Below the pieces are notes generated by a model that saw nothing but the letters and a program-made list of their open reading frames with translations, ran no database searches and was not told the origin of the DNA. From Macrostomum lignano (taxonomy: Eukaryota), in assembly GCA_002269645.1 (NCBI GenBank), contig NIVC01001184.1:62001-126000 (forward strand): a stretch of DNA of 64,000 bases, read 5' to 3'. This document shows, piece after piece, positions 12,250 through 23,789 of this stretch. Every line of letters starts with the position of its first letter. The first letter of the stretch is position 1. The translations under genes were made by a program, and so were the position numbers.

Positions 12250-14828
12250 GCCTGGTCAGGGGAGCCACCCTAGCGGCGGGCATTATCACTGAAGACTTAA
12301 TCGCTCGTGCGGTCAGAACCATCAAGCCCTTCAAATCTCCTGGACCTGATGGTATCTACCCTGTTCTTCTTCGTGAAGCAGCCAAGATACCCTCGTTCTT
12401 GAGACTTACCCGCAATCTCATGCGGGCCTCTATCCAGATGGGATACGTTCCCAAGTGCTGGACCAAATCTCGGGTAGTCTTCATTCCCAAACCCGGGGAG
12501 GGTGAACTACCAGAGCGTCAAGGCCTTTAGGCCAATTAGCTTAACGTCAGCAATGCTTAAGCTCACTGAGAGGCTTATTCTCTGGCGGCTGCTTTCTTGC
12601 GAGCTGACAGCAATGCCTCTTAGAAATCATCAGCACGCCTTCCGTACCGGGAGGTCGACTGACAGCGCCCTGCATGCGATTGTCGAGAAGATTGAACGGG
12701 CGGTACTGGGTGACGGTAACGCCCTGGCTCTTTTTCTCGACATTGTTGGCGCCTTCGACAACGTTATCTTTGAAGTGTTTCAGAGGGCCTTCAAAACCGC
12801 AAAGCTCACGCTACCCTCATGCGGTGGATCATGTACATGATCTCTAACCGTACGGTCACTGCCCAACTTCTTGGGCAAACTGCCTCCGCCAGAGTCTGTA
12901 AGGGTGGACCCCAAGGCGGAGTCCTCACCCCGACGCTCTGGAACCTGGTCATGGACGCTCTTCTGGGTGACTCCAGACCTGATCCCGTCTTCAAAGTCGG
13001 GTATGCAGACGACGTCACTGCCATTTTGTCTGGGCCGTTCCCCAGCACGGTCAGGGATCTGATGCAGAGCTTTATCCGCAAAACAGAATCCTGGGCCAAT
13101 GACAACGGTCTGGAACTCTCTGAGCCCAAAACTGTTGCCATTATGTTCACCAGCAGAATACGCTGGAACATACGACCTCTGCAGTTATACGGCAGAGATA
13201 TTGCCTTCGCGCACCAGACCAGATGTCTTAGGGTCATACTTGACCACCGGCTCAACTGGTCCTTCCACGTGAAAGCAAAAGCCAAGCGTGCCTCAGCCAT
13301 CCTGGCCCAGCTCCGACGAGCACTTGGCACTTCTTGGGGTCTATCCCCAAAGCGGCTTTGGTGGATCTACACTTCCGTAGTTAGACCCGCCATTACGTAC
13401 GCCTCGGTTGTCTGGGTTAGCGCTACCCAGGTCAAAAGCCATGCAGATTTGCTCAACACGATCCAGGGCAGAGCGTGTAGGCTCATCTGCAACGCCACCA
13501 GGTCCACGCCCTTTGCCGGCATGGGGCCTTCCTTAATCTACCGCCTCTCGACCTCTTCGTCAGGGGTGAGGCGGCTAGAACGATGCGGCGCTTACTTGAT
13601 GCCGGTGTCAAATTCCTTTACATGAGGGCAACTGCTAAGCGGAACCTCGTCCCGCATAGCGACCTGTGCCTCAACATCCTCAACGAGTGTCAGGCCAATC
13701 GCGTCTTCACCGATGGCATTGCCTCAACAACGCTCAACCTGAGAACAACGCTACTCCGTAGCTATCGACTCGCGCGATACCATCAATGACCACTGGAACC
13801 CCGGTGAGCTTCATTGCTACACCGACGGTTCTAAGCAGTCAGCCAACACCGGTTTTGGTGTTGGAATCTTCCTGAACGAGAGGGTCATCGCAACCCACGC
13901 TCAATACACTGGGGTCAACTCCAGTGTCTTCCAAAATGAAGTTCTCGCCATCAGCTCCTGCACTGCAGAGCTCCTCGCCACTGGCGTAACCGGTAAGAAC
14001 ATCATTTTCCATTCGGACAGCCAAGCTGCCTTGCACGCCATCAGTGGCTGTAGTACCAATTCTGCTACAGTCCTCAACTGTATCAAACTCCTCAACATGT
14101 TGGATTCCACCAACAAAATCACCCTTAAGTGGGTTCCGGGGCATGTGGGGATCCGAGGAAATGAGTTGGCTGACGCCCTTGCAAAAGTTGGCGTTTCTGG
14201 CTCCTCTCTCGGTCCCGAACCCCTTGTTCCGATTCCTGGCTGTGTCATCGACTCGCGCATCAAAGCGTGGATCAGGACCCAGCACCGCTCGACTTGGGCG
14301 AACTGCACTACATGCAGGCAATTCAAAGGCGCTGTCCCTCAGCCCTCTCACCAGCTCCGGAAGCTCCTCTTGCGCCTCTCGCGCAGAGACATCCGGGCTG
14401 CCACCATGACCCTCTCTGGTCACGGCTGCTTCTCCAGGCACCAGTACCTGCAGGGCAACGCCACCAACGCCATCTGCAGTTTCTGTAACTCAGGTGACGA
14501 AACCGCTGAGAATTTCGTCAGCATCTGTCCCGCCTTTACGCGAGCCAGACTCACTTACCTCGGGCCACACACGTACATCTATTACTGAAGCGTGCAAACC
14601 CGAAAACTTTAATCAGCTCATGCGCTGCCTCCGGGCCACCACCCGCAGGGCCGAACTCTCCTTTCTAGAGAGCACTATAGCTGCTGGCGACACTGGGGGA
14701 CCTCCCTGGGGGGCGCCAACCCTTCGTCTATAGCGACGTGTCGGCCGTTCAGGGATTAGCGGAATAGGCGTTCGCGCCTTCCCGCTGTGTCCCCCCGGGA
14801 CAGCCCTGCAGCTAAGTCAAGTAAGTCA
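12250..14828 (+). mobile_element. 5'-truncated non-LTR retrotransposon (RT + RNase H + C-terminal zinc knuckle; I/R1-group, Loa-like), frameshifted
   Basis: Successive frames give KSPGPDGIYP, FIPKPG, RPISL, QHAFR, GGPQGGVLTPTLWN and YADD (RT). They then give YTDGSK, EVLAI, HSDSQAAL and WVPGHVGIRGNELAD.LAK (RNase H), followed by CSFC...ETAENF (CCHC-like). The 3' UTR is structured and ends in an aagtc/aagt tail at ~14813-14828. At least 4 frameshifts. Confidence 0.93.
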
Positions 14829-15329
14829 TGCACCGCTACGTCAACTACTATACGTCTAGTAGACAACTACTACGTCGCAAGTAACTATGTTGAAATATGG
14901 CTTAATGCATCAGCTATTGTGAGTGACAATCCATGTGGTACTCAATACTTGAAAGCATTGGCTATAATGGACATGGAGGCAGCAGTAACCAAAGCCCAGA
15001 GTGAGAAATTAAGCCAAAAAAACTTTTAGATATCATTCTGATGCTACTACGACATTTCGTTCGTAAAAGCAATTATCATCATCAACGCCCTAAAAATGTC
15101 TAAAAACGCCCTAAAATTCATGAATGATTAAGAAAATATTGTATTCACTGTCTATAATTATATGGGCTCCGTAGAAAAATACACAAAATACTACTCACAC
15201 AAGAACACTCCAGCTATATTGTTCCAGTCAATAAAAAAAAACTAACACAGAGGCTCTCATTTCATTTTTCATTGTGGGAGAAACCAGAGTTCATAGAGCA
15301 TAGCACCGATTGGTTGAGTAGCAAACGGT

Positions 15330-15827
15330 TCAATAACTTCCGCCCTTGTTCCAACGCTGTCCGCTCTTGTTCCAGCGCTGTCCACCTTTGTTCCAACGTT
15401 GTCCGCCCTTGTTCCAGCGCTGCCCACCTTTGTTCCAACGTTGTCCGCCCTTGTTCCAGCGCTGCCCACCTTTGTTCCAACGTTGTCCGCCCTTGTTCCA
15501 GCGCTGCCCACCTTTGTTCCAACGTTGTCCGCCCTTGTTCCAGCGCTGTCCGCCCTTGTTCCACTGTCCGCCCTTGTTCCAGCGCTGTCCGCCCTTGTTC
15601 CAACGTTGTCCGCCCTTGTTCCAGCGCTGTCCGCCCTTGTTCCAACGTTGTCCGCCCTTGATCCAACGTTGTCCGCCCTTGTTCCAGCGCTGACCGCCCT
15701 TGTGCTTTCTGCTCCAGTCGATGGCTCTGACGCCGGAGCTATCAGGCAGATTGGCGGCCGCGATGGCGCACAAAAGCGCCGCAGTGGCCGCCAGAAGAAG
15801 AAGATGCCTCGAAGACTTTGTCGGCAT
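15330..15827 (-). CDS. Secreted repetitive peptide precursor (signal peptide + 17 x GGQRWNK-type units), neuropeptide- or antimicrobial-like, 165 aa
   Basis: ATG start followed by a hydrophobic signal-like segment (LLLLAATAALLCAIAAA). Variation among the 21-bp units is mostly synonymous in this frame only (AAG/AAA, GGC/GGT, GGA/GGG, CAA/CAG, CGT/CGC). The single length variant is an in-frame 3-nt deletion (GGQWNK). Confidence 0.75.
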   Translation of the reverse strand: MPTKSSRHLLLLAATAALLCAIAAANLPDSSGVRAIDWSRKHKGGQRWNKGGQRWIKGGQRWNKGGQRWNKGGQRWNKGGQRWNKGGQWNKGGQRWNKGGQRWNKGGQRWNKGGQRWNKGGQRWNKGGQRWNKGGQRWNKGGQRWNKGGQRWNKSGQRWNKGGSY

Positions 15828-15828
15828 T

Positions 15829-15913
15829 CTGTTTGCTTGAAGCAGATACCTTGGTCAGTTAGCAAAAATGTTTACCTGTGAGTTCTGAGTGCAATATACA
15901 TCGGTTATTTATG
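15829..15913 (-). promoter_or_regulatory. Putative core promoter and 47-nt 5'UTR intron of the repeat-peptide gene
   Basis: On the minus strand: CATAAATA (15913-15906), TCAGAA Inr-like about 27 nt downstream, GTAAAC donor at 15875, GCTAAC branch-like site, CAG acceptor at 15829 followed by A-ATG. Confidence 0.35.
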
Positions 15914-16250
15914 CTGAATTTGAAGAAGCACACGATAGATTGATTACGCAAACGCACCTGCAACAGAGCGTTGATGCCAGGTGAGTATTCAGATGCGTTG
16001 AGACAGTCTCAAATTGACAGGAATTCAACAATTTGGCCAAATTAATAGTAAGCCTGGCTTGACTTTGCCAGGTGCAAACCGCTAATTAGCCAAATTTATT
16101 AATTTATTCCAGTCAAGAAGCAGCTCGTATTAATTAGCAGTGCGCGTCAAAAATATTTGATCTGCTACGGAAGGAAAGCGAGTTTGCGAGGAAATTCTTA
16201 GAGACCTCACAATTTTTCCGGCGATAAAAACTAAAAAAAACTCATTTTTA

Positions 16251-16725
16251 ATGTGAGGGAGGTCAATGTGAGGGAGGTCAGTGTGAGGGAGGTCAGTGTG
16301 AGGGAGGTCAGTGTGAGGGAGGTCAGTGTGAGGGAGGTCAGCGTGAGAGAGGTCAGTGTGAGGGAGGTCAGTGTGAGGTAGGTCAGTGTGAGGGAGGTCA
16401 ATGTGAGGGGGTCAGTGTGAGGGAGGTCAGTGTAAGGGAGGTCAGTGTGATGGAGGTCAGTGTGAGGGAGGTCAGTGTGAGGGAGGTCAATGTGAGGGGG
16501 TCAGTTTAAGGGAGGTCAGTGTGAGGGAGGTCAGTGTGAGGTAGGTCAGTGTAAGGGAGGTCAGTGTGAGGGAGGTCAATGTGAGGGGGTCAGTGTGAGG
16601 GAGGTCAGTGTAAGGGAGGTCAGTGTGAGGTAGGTCAATGTGAGGGTGGTCAATGTGATGGAGGTCAGCGTGATGGAGGTCAGTGTGAGGGTCAGAGTGA
16701 GGGAGGTGGGGGAGGTGAGTGAGGG
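16251..16725. repeat. 15-bp minisatellite (gtcagtgtgagggag)n
   Basis: About 30 degenerate tandem units read directly. Confidence 0.9.
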
Positions 16726-17337
16726 AGTTTGGTATTGTTGAGCCACAGCATTTCAGCAATCCCCCCCATACGAGTCTTGATGTCTCCGCAATTCTTCATG
16801 AACCTCGAGCAGAGTTTCGGAAAACACCCCAGACCCTTGACTTCTTAGCAGTTGCCCCACGAGTCTTACATGGTTGACATGACGCTTCTTTTATTGTCGA
16901 AATAACGGTTCTTTTATCTGTCTTCTTGACCTTCGCAAAACAGCATGTTCTTCGAATATTGAATCTCTTTAGTATTGAGCGATTTCCTAGCCACGACACG
17001 TACCGTCACTGGAAAATTTCTGATCGAACGGTGCAAGTTTGATGAAAATCGGTTGAACCGGTTTTTTTATTTCAAAAAATCAACCACACAAGACAGACAA
17101 CTTATTTCTATAGTTAGTATAGGTGTAAGAAATGGGATTTGCCCGAATTATCACGGGCGATTTTATTTATGAACTTCAATCAAACATTTTAATGCCGCAT
17201 AGAGCGTTTAGGAATAGACATTGCTATATATAGTTTACGATGTACTTTAAAATGAAGTCAGTCTGGCTTAGAAGATGATGACTGCCCCATCTTAATGCCA
17301 ATAAATGCAGACATGAAAAAATGACACCGTTAGAGCA

Positions 17338-19093
17338 TCACCGCTTTTTACCAGCCCGTCTATTATCAAGCCTTCTTTTATTTCCCGCAAATTTATTGTT
17401 AAACTTTGACTTCGAGTTAACGTGGCGAATCTTCTCAACCTTGCCGCTATTGTTGGCAGCCGATGATTGGGCCTTCTTATTTCTGGCAGCCTTCCTGCCC
17501 GCACCGCCGGAGCCTGTTATGCGCAGCCTGGCTCGCTCGGCGATTTTGTCGGCTCGTTCGCGAACTTTCGCTTCGGCCCGATCCGCTTGCAGCCGGGCGT
17601 AGCCGACTGGCCGCTTCTTGGCGACGCGGGCGCCCATAGCAACCAGGAGGCGAGCGCGAACCTGAGATTATAAAAATATTGTGAGAAATTAGTTACATGG
17701 CTGGGTGTTCCATCATTATTACACTAGCTAATCTCTTTCTAATAAATTATTAATAAAAGGCTTAAAATCTCACTAATAAAGGACTAATAGAAAGCTACGT
17801 TTCTCACTAATGAGTGGCTAATAGAAAACTCAACCTCACTAATGAATGACTAATAGAAAACTCAAATCTCACTAGTGAATGGCTAATAGAAAACTCAACC
17901 TCACTAATGAATAGCTAATAGAAAACTCAAACCTCACTAATGAATGGCTAATAGAAAACTCAAACCTCACTAATGAGTGGCTAATAGAAAACTCAAACCT
18001 CACTAATGAGTGGCTAATAGAAAACTCAAACCTCACTAATGAGTGGCTAATAGAAAACTCAACCTCACTAATGAGTGGCTAATAGAAAACTCAAACCTCA
18101 CTAATGAATGGCTAATAGAAAACTCAAACCTCACTAATGAGTGGCTAATAGAAAACTCAAACCTCACTAATGAGTGGCTAATAGAAAACTCAACCTCACT
18201 AATGAATAGCTAATAGAAAACTCAAACCTCACTAATGAATGGCTAATAGAAAACTCAAACCTCACTAATGAGTGGCTAATAGAAAACTCAAATCTCACTA
18301 GTGAATGGCTAATAGAAAACTCAAATCTCACTAGTGAATGGCTAATAGAAAACTCAAACCTCACTAATGAGTGGCTAATAGAAAACTCAAACCTCACTAA
18401 TGAGTGGCTAATAGAAAACTCAAACCTCACTAATGAGTGGCTAATAGAAAACTCAAACCTCACTAATGAGTGGCTAATAGAAAACTCAACCTCACTAATG
18501 AGTGGCTAATAGAAAACTCAAACCTCACTAATGAGTGGCTAATAGAAAACTCAAACCTCACTAATGAGTGGCTAATAGAAAACTCAAACCTCACTAATGA
18601 GTGGCTAATAGAAAACTCAACCTCACTAATGAATAGCTAATAGAAAACTCAAACCTCACTAATGAATGGCCAATAGAAAACTCAATCAAACCTCACTAAT
18701 GAGTGGCTAATAGAAAACTCAAACCTCACTAATGAATGGCTAATGAAAGACTGCAAATCTTGGCTATGGCTGACTAAAGATATTGCAGAACAGCAGATTC
18801 AGACCACAGCTAGATCAGAAATGCTTCACCTTTCGTTTCTCTTTGCCCTCTAACATTAGGCATTGAGATTTGAGCACATCCACTCGAACAGATGCCAGTG
18901 GCGCCTGCAGCAGTTGGTTCAACTCAGCATCCAACGGCGCATCATCGCCATCAGTAGTCGCTTTTTTGGCAGTAGATTTTTCGCCAGACTGTTTTCTTCG
19001 AGATGACAAATCGAAGTGAGCAAAATCTGGGGCAAGGCGAGGCTGCTTGACACCCGCCGATGGGGGCTGCTTTTTTGCTGCTTTCTTTGCCAT
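17338..19093 (-). CDS. C1orf131: C1orf131/FSAF1-like (DUF4602) 40S processome assembly factor, 2 exons (19093-18830, 17661-17338), 195 aa
   Basis: A phase-0 GT-AG splice (aag|gtgaag ... tctcag|gtt) joins LASVRVDVLKSQCLMLEGKEKRK to VRARLLVAMGARVAKKRPVGYARLQ. This matches the C1orf131 core as recalled (ARLEVHRFGITGYGKGKER..ERAIMLGAKPPKK.YVNYK.LQ). Lys/Arg-rich C-terminus. Confidence 0.75.
17770..18745. repeat. 33-bp intronic minisatellite (ctaatgagtggctaatagaaaactcaaacctca)n
   Basis: About 29 tandem units filling most of the C1orf131-like intron. Confidence 0.92.
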
Positions 19094-19909
19094 GAGACAG
19101 TTAAAGTAAAAACTGTATATTACTGCTAGACCAATACAGGTACTTATTGACAAGAGATTGAATAATTTTTATATTTATGATACAGTGATTAGACCAGACC
19201 TCCCACTATTCCCACTTCACGTAAATTGTTTATACTATATGTGTATTGATGTTATTTCCCTGCGTGGAAATCCTTATTTTGCCCCTTACTGTATTTTGGG
19301 TTTCCATCCTCTATATTTTGTTTTACTGTTAATTTGAATAGGGTTACACAGAGTTTTTAGTCACTACCACCACCCAGAGTATCCAATTTTTCCATTGCAT
19401 CAAATTCTCTTTCCAACTGGGGTAACCCCTCTCCTTCCAGTGGCTCATGAGAGCAAGAGCCTGAGTCCCTTTTTTTATCAGCCAGACTTAAATGGAATAC
19501 CCATATTCATGACTCCAATATTTGAGGACCCTAATTGTAAGCCCCTACTACCCTAACCCAACCAGGTCCTTTCCCAACAATACCCCTAATTGCGACTAAC
19601 TAATTACCTAAGTGTTATTAAATAATAAATTAATCTCAATTGTGATAAAATTTCCAGATTTGCAACTAATAATTAAGGTACCAGTATAATAAATTTATCC
19701 TAAGCTGTTATTTGAGCCTTTATGACCTTAGGAAGCATTTATCAATTCTTGATAATCTAATTAAGTGGAGTTCTTAGGCAAATTTGAGCTAATTGTATTT
19801 CAGAATCTTCTTTGTGAATTACTAGTGGTAGAATCAAACTAACAACTTTTAGTATAATACTCAGTGAATTTAGCTTATTCTGGTTTTGTGGTAGACATAG
19901 CTAATATAC

Positions 19910-20782
19910 TGTGGTAGGCCGGTCTACCACTGGGGTGAGCGACGGCAGGCTTCCAGTGCCGACAACGGCGGGACGTTCGGCTCAATTCCATAGAATGACG
20001 GACTGACGTCATTTTTTAATTTTTGCTCCCTTGTTTGTTCCCCCGGTTGTCCCCGCCTTTGCTCCCTCGTCTGTTCCTTTTTCTGTTCCTTCCCTTGGCC
20101 CCTGTTGTTTTAGTGTTTCCAGTGGTCGGGTTTCTTCGTTTCCCATCATTGTCCCTTCCCTTGTCCCATCCTCTGCCCCACCCCTGGGACCCCCCACGCT
20201 AATTTTATATATTTTACGTTGACTTTGGAGTCTCTAATTCTCTCCTCCCCTGTTGGTTGTTTGTTAGTTTGTTCAGTTTTTTGTTTCCGGTCTTTGCTCA
20301 TTTGTCTCGCGTAGCTCTAATAATTAACGGTAATAATAATAACGAAATAATAATAAGTTCGCAAATATCAATAATATTTATTCAGTTGTTCAGAATCGAA
20401 GCCTTTAGTTTTCTATTGAGTCATTTGCCCGCGGGGCGTAAAATAACCAGTCAGTCTCAACTCAAAGAAAGCTCTGAGACCCTCAACGTTCTGTAAAACG
20501 ACATTTACGGTGGTGGCAGCGCTACTTTACTACTGAAAGTAACACAACTAGCAATCTCGACGAATTACGAGTTTACGGTGTCTGAGGACCCATTCTGAAC
20601 GACTCGGGCCGCTACTAGACCGCTCGACTGCGATTACAACTACCCTCCCCCCGGAATTGAGGACCCAGCAGACAGAGTAACCAAGGAAAAGAATCAGCGC
20701 ATCAATTTGTGCATTTTCCGGCTTTATTTGTGCTTCTACAATGCCAGCGGCAAATCAAACGAGGAATCCGCCCCACCTCACT
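19910..20782. mobile_element. LTR-like element related to the solo LTR at 38251-39307 (inverted)
   Basis: 20505-20782 matches the reverse complement of 38252-38560 in several blocks (ttacggtggtggcagc; ttacggtgtctgaggaccc; gaccgctcgactgcgatta; ccggaattgaggacc; tccgccccacYtcac). Starts tgtggtag. No TSD identified. Confidence 0.55.
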
Positions 20783-21919
20783 AGTGTCAACAAATTTTCG
20801 AAACCAAGAGTTTCCAAGAAAAATTCTTCTCCACCCTACCTCAATACATTTAGGCATTTTGAAAGATATCATCAATTGGGCTACTTAGCCACAACAATAG
20901 CTAAAATAACAATAGTTTTATATTACTTAGCAACAACAAAAAGTATAAAAATTAAAGTAAGCTAAAAACTTTTTCTTTTTATATTAGACTTAGACAAAAT
21001 ATAAATAGGTCTTATTTATTAACTTAGTCTTAATAAATAATAGATAGGGCCTATATTTTATATGGCATACAATAGGATCCTACCAAAAACGAATTAAAAT
21101 TAAGTAGATAAAAACATAAGCAGATTAGGCCTAACCAATTGTCATTATCAATTGTCTTCTAGTTTCCTATGCATGAAAACAGGGTACCAGTCATTTTGGC
21201 AAGTCATTTTGGTGAAAGGCCTTTTTCCAAAACATATTAAAAAAGTCAATTTAGCAAAAAGCTTACTATTACATATAAAATGATGCAAGTAGGCCTAGGC
21301 CTAATTTGTTATTAAACAAACATTTTCCTAGTGATAGATAAAACTTAAATGTTGTTAATTTAGGGAATTTTTTTGTAATATTGTGTACAAACTTTAAAGC
21401 AACATAAGTGACAATCAATTGCTTTGATGCATAATTGGTTAATATATACGCACGCATAGGGCCTATACACTGCACTTTTAAAACTTGCTGAATCTTTCAA
21501 TCACTTGAACCATACTTGAAACATATGTATAATTTTCAAGGTTTTCTATTTTTTATTTTAATTTTGCCTATATTAAACCATTCATTTAATGTTACACTAA
21601 ACATTTTTACAAATCAAAGTTAAGTTCCTTTGCCTGTAAATACACATATTTTACATATTCAAAATTCTATTCAAAAACCATAACAAACAACTGATAAACA
21701 AAGAAATAATACACTATAACTATATAGCACCTTATAAACGTGGTGAAAACTTTTTGCCAAAATGAACTTTGCTAAAATGACTTTCACCAAAAAAACTTTT
21801 GCCAAAATGACTTTTTACAAAAATGATTGTAAACCATGAAAACATGCTAGTGGCTAGCTATGGTAGCAGTGACTATTTTAAGGATGAATTCAATTCAGGT
21901 ATACACAAAGCTTAGGCTT

Positions 21920-22095
21920 TAGGAGCAGACTGAGGGGAGGCCAAGGGGGCCATGGCCCCCCCTCAGCTCTGCCAAAAAAATCCTCAAATGTATTGGTATC
22001 ATGCTATATTAGTATCATGGTACCCTAATTGCAGCTCTGGCCTGACCAGACATGAAGCTTGCCCCCCTCTCAATAAAATCCTAGGTCTGCCCCTG
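21920..22095. mobile_element. Degenerate short MITE (CAGGGGC-type TIR)
   Basis: The right end cctaggtctgcccctg and the decayed left end taggagcagactgagg are imperfect inverted repeats, with internal ggggccatggcccc. Confidence 0.45.
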
Positions 22096-23789
22096 ATAAA
22101 GCTGTCTTTTGCCTAGAGCTCAAAGGCATCATCACCAAGGGCATACACCATACGGCAGGCTATGCTAGGGCCTAGAGTTTGTGCACACTGGCTTGTTGGC
22201 TCTGTCAGTTGATTGGGCAGTGGGATAAGCCTAAGGATATTCTCAATCTCAATGACAATATGCCATATGATATTGCATCATTTGTAGGCCTACAATACTT
22301 TTTATATTGAATTCAATTTTGCTCAACTATTCTTAAATTACAAGCTCATTTGCAAAATTTGAAGAATTTCTCAAAATGACCTACCTAAAAAGGCCAAGTC
22401 TCAAAATTTCAAGATTGAGATTGAGATCTTGGTTGGACTCTAGCCTAGGCTAGGGAGGGGCCTAGGCGGCAGGCCTAATGAGGCCCTATAATAATTATAG
22501 AATAGACCTAGTTACATAGAATATAAAACAAAATTTCTGCTAAAAAGACAATTGATCTTTCAAAAATTTAGTCATTCCAAGAGAGGGTCGCATTATGCTT
22601 TTCAACTTTTGAACCATAACATAACAGATAAGATAGAACAAAGCTGCAAAAAGCATAGGGTAAGATCTCATCAACCGAACATGAAAGTGTCATTTTTCGA
22701 CATTCTCTTATAGATAGCAAAAAAAGTTTAATGTGTAATAAAATGAAACTACTCCGAAGTTGTTTAAAACATTTTTTTCTTTCAAATGAATGTTCGCTTT
22801 ACTTTATTGCACAAGTAGAAAAAAAGTTATTGATGATTTTATCTCAAAACCGAACGATGATTCTAGGGTATCTTCAAACCGAACAGGGTATCTGACGTTC
22901 GGTTTTTGTGTTTGAACACTAATAACTTTTTTATTTCTCGTTCGTTTTTTCTAAAATATATATCATTGTAAAGATTAATTCATACTCTTTCTAAAAAGTA
23001 TAACTTTCGCTTAGATAAATGTAGAAAAATATTGTTTATCTGTATTTGAATAGAGTACCCCCCATTGAATAGAAAAATCGTGAATTTTTACCTTTTTGCC
23101 ATTTCTTTAAACTCTTTCATGCTAAATTGATAAAAAGCCATATTTTTCTACTTATTTTAGACAGTCAAATCGGAAAAGCATTAAAGAATTTTTAAAAAAC
23201 ACAAGTTCTTTAAAGCAGAGCTGATACTTTGCCCATTTCGGAGTTCTTCTGAAGGACCTACTAATGTTTCAGCTTTCAACATAAGCATTTATTTTGGCAT
23301 TATTACCTTGTTTTTGAAAGAAAAAAGTACCTCTAGTATACTTTTAACCTTTTTTTATCATATAGTTAATATTTTTCAAAACTTAAGGAAGAAGAATAAA
23401 GTAAAAGTAAAAAATTGTAAAAAAACGATTTTTTTGCAAACAAGTTCTTGTAATTTTATATTTTATTTTTTCTCATCATACTCGTAAATTTTTACTTCAA
23501 GTAGTCGCATGCAAGATGTGAAGAAAAAATGCTGTGGATTCTTAAAATTTTCCAGAAAACCATCACCTCGTTCTCAGACTGCAATCACTGCAACAAGGTG
23601 GACCGCCAAAACCATAGGCTCATTGGCTTCATCTGTTTACCCCAGCCTTGTATACATGTAGATTTTTTGCAAAGACAAGAAAGAAAAAGCTCGCAATAAA
23701 TATTCAAAATCTACTTATCTACGCTCGTATATATAAAGTAAAAATTATACATGTATACGTACATGCAGATAGCCATCTGATAATAAACA

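Noticed and set aside
2776-15827. Idea that the GPCR and the GGQRWNK precursor form a linked receptor-ligand pair
   Set aside because: Proximity of about 11 kb is not evidence of pairing in animal genomes.
15262-15881. Alternative-frame ORFs over the 21-bp repeat (EQGRT, GTRAD, CSSAV, QRCPP, SALVP)
   Set aside because: Unit variation is non-synonymous in these frames and there is no matching signal peptide.
20511-20521. tggtggcagcg resembling a tRNA-Leu primer-binding site
   Set aside because: It lies inside the region homologous to the TSD-bounded solo LTR, is not directly after a CA end, and has no gag-pol downstream.
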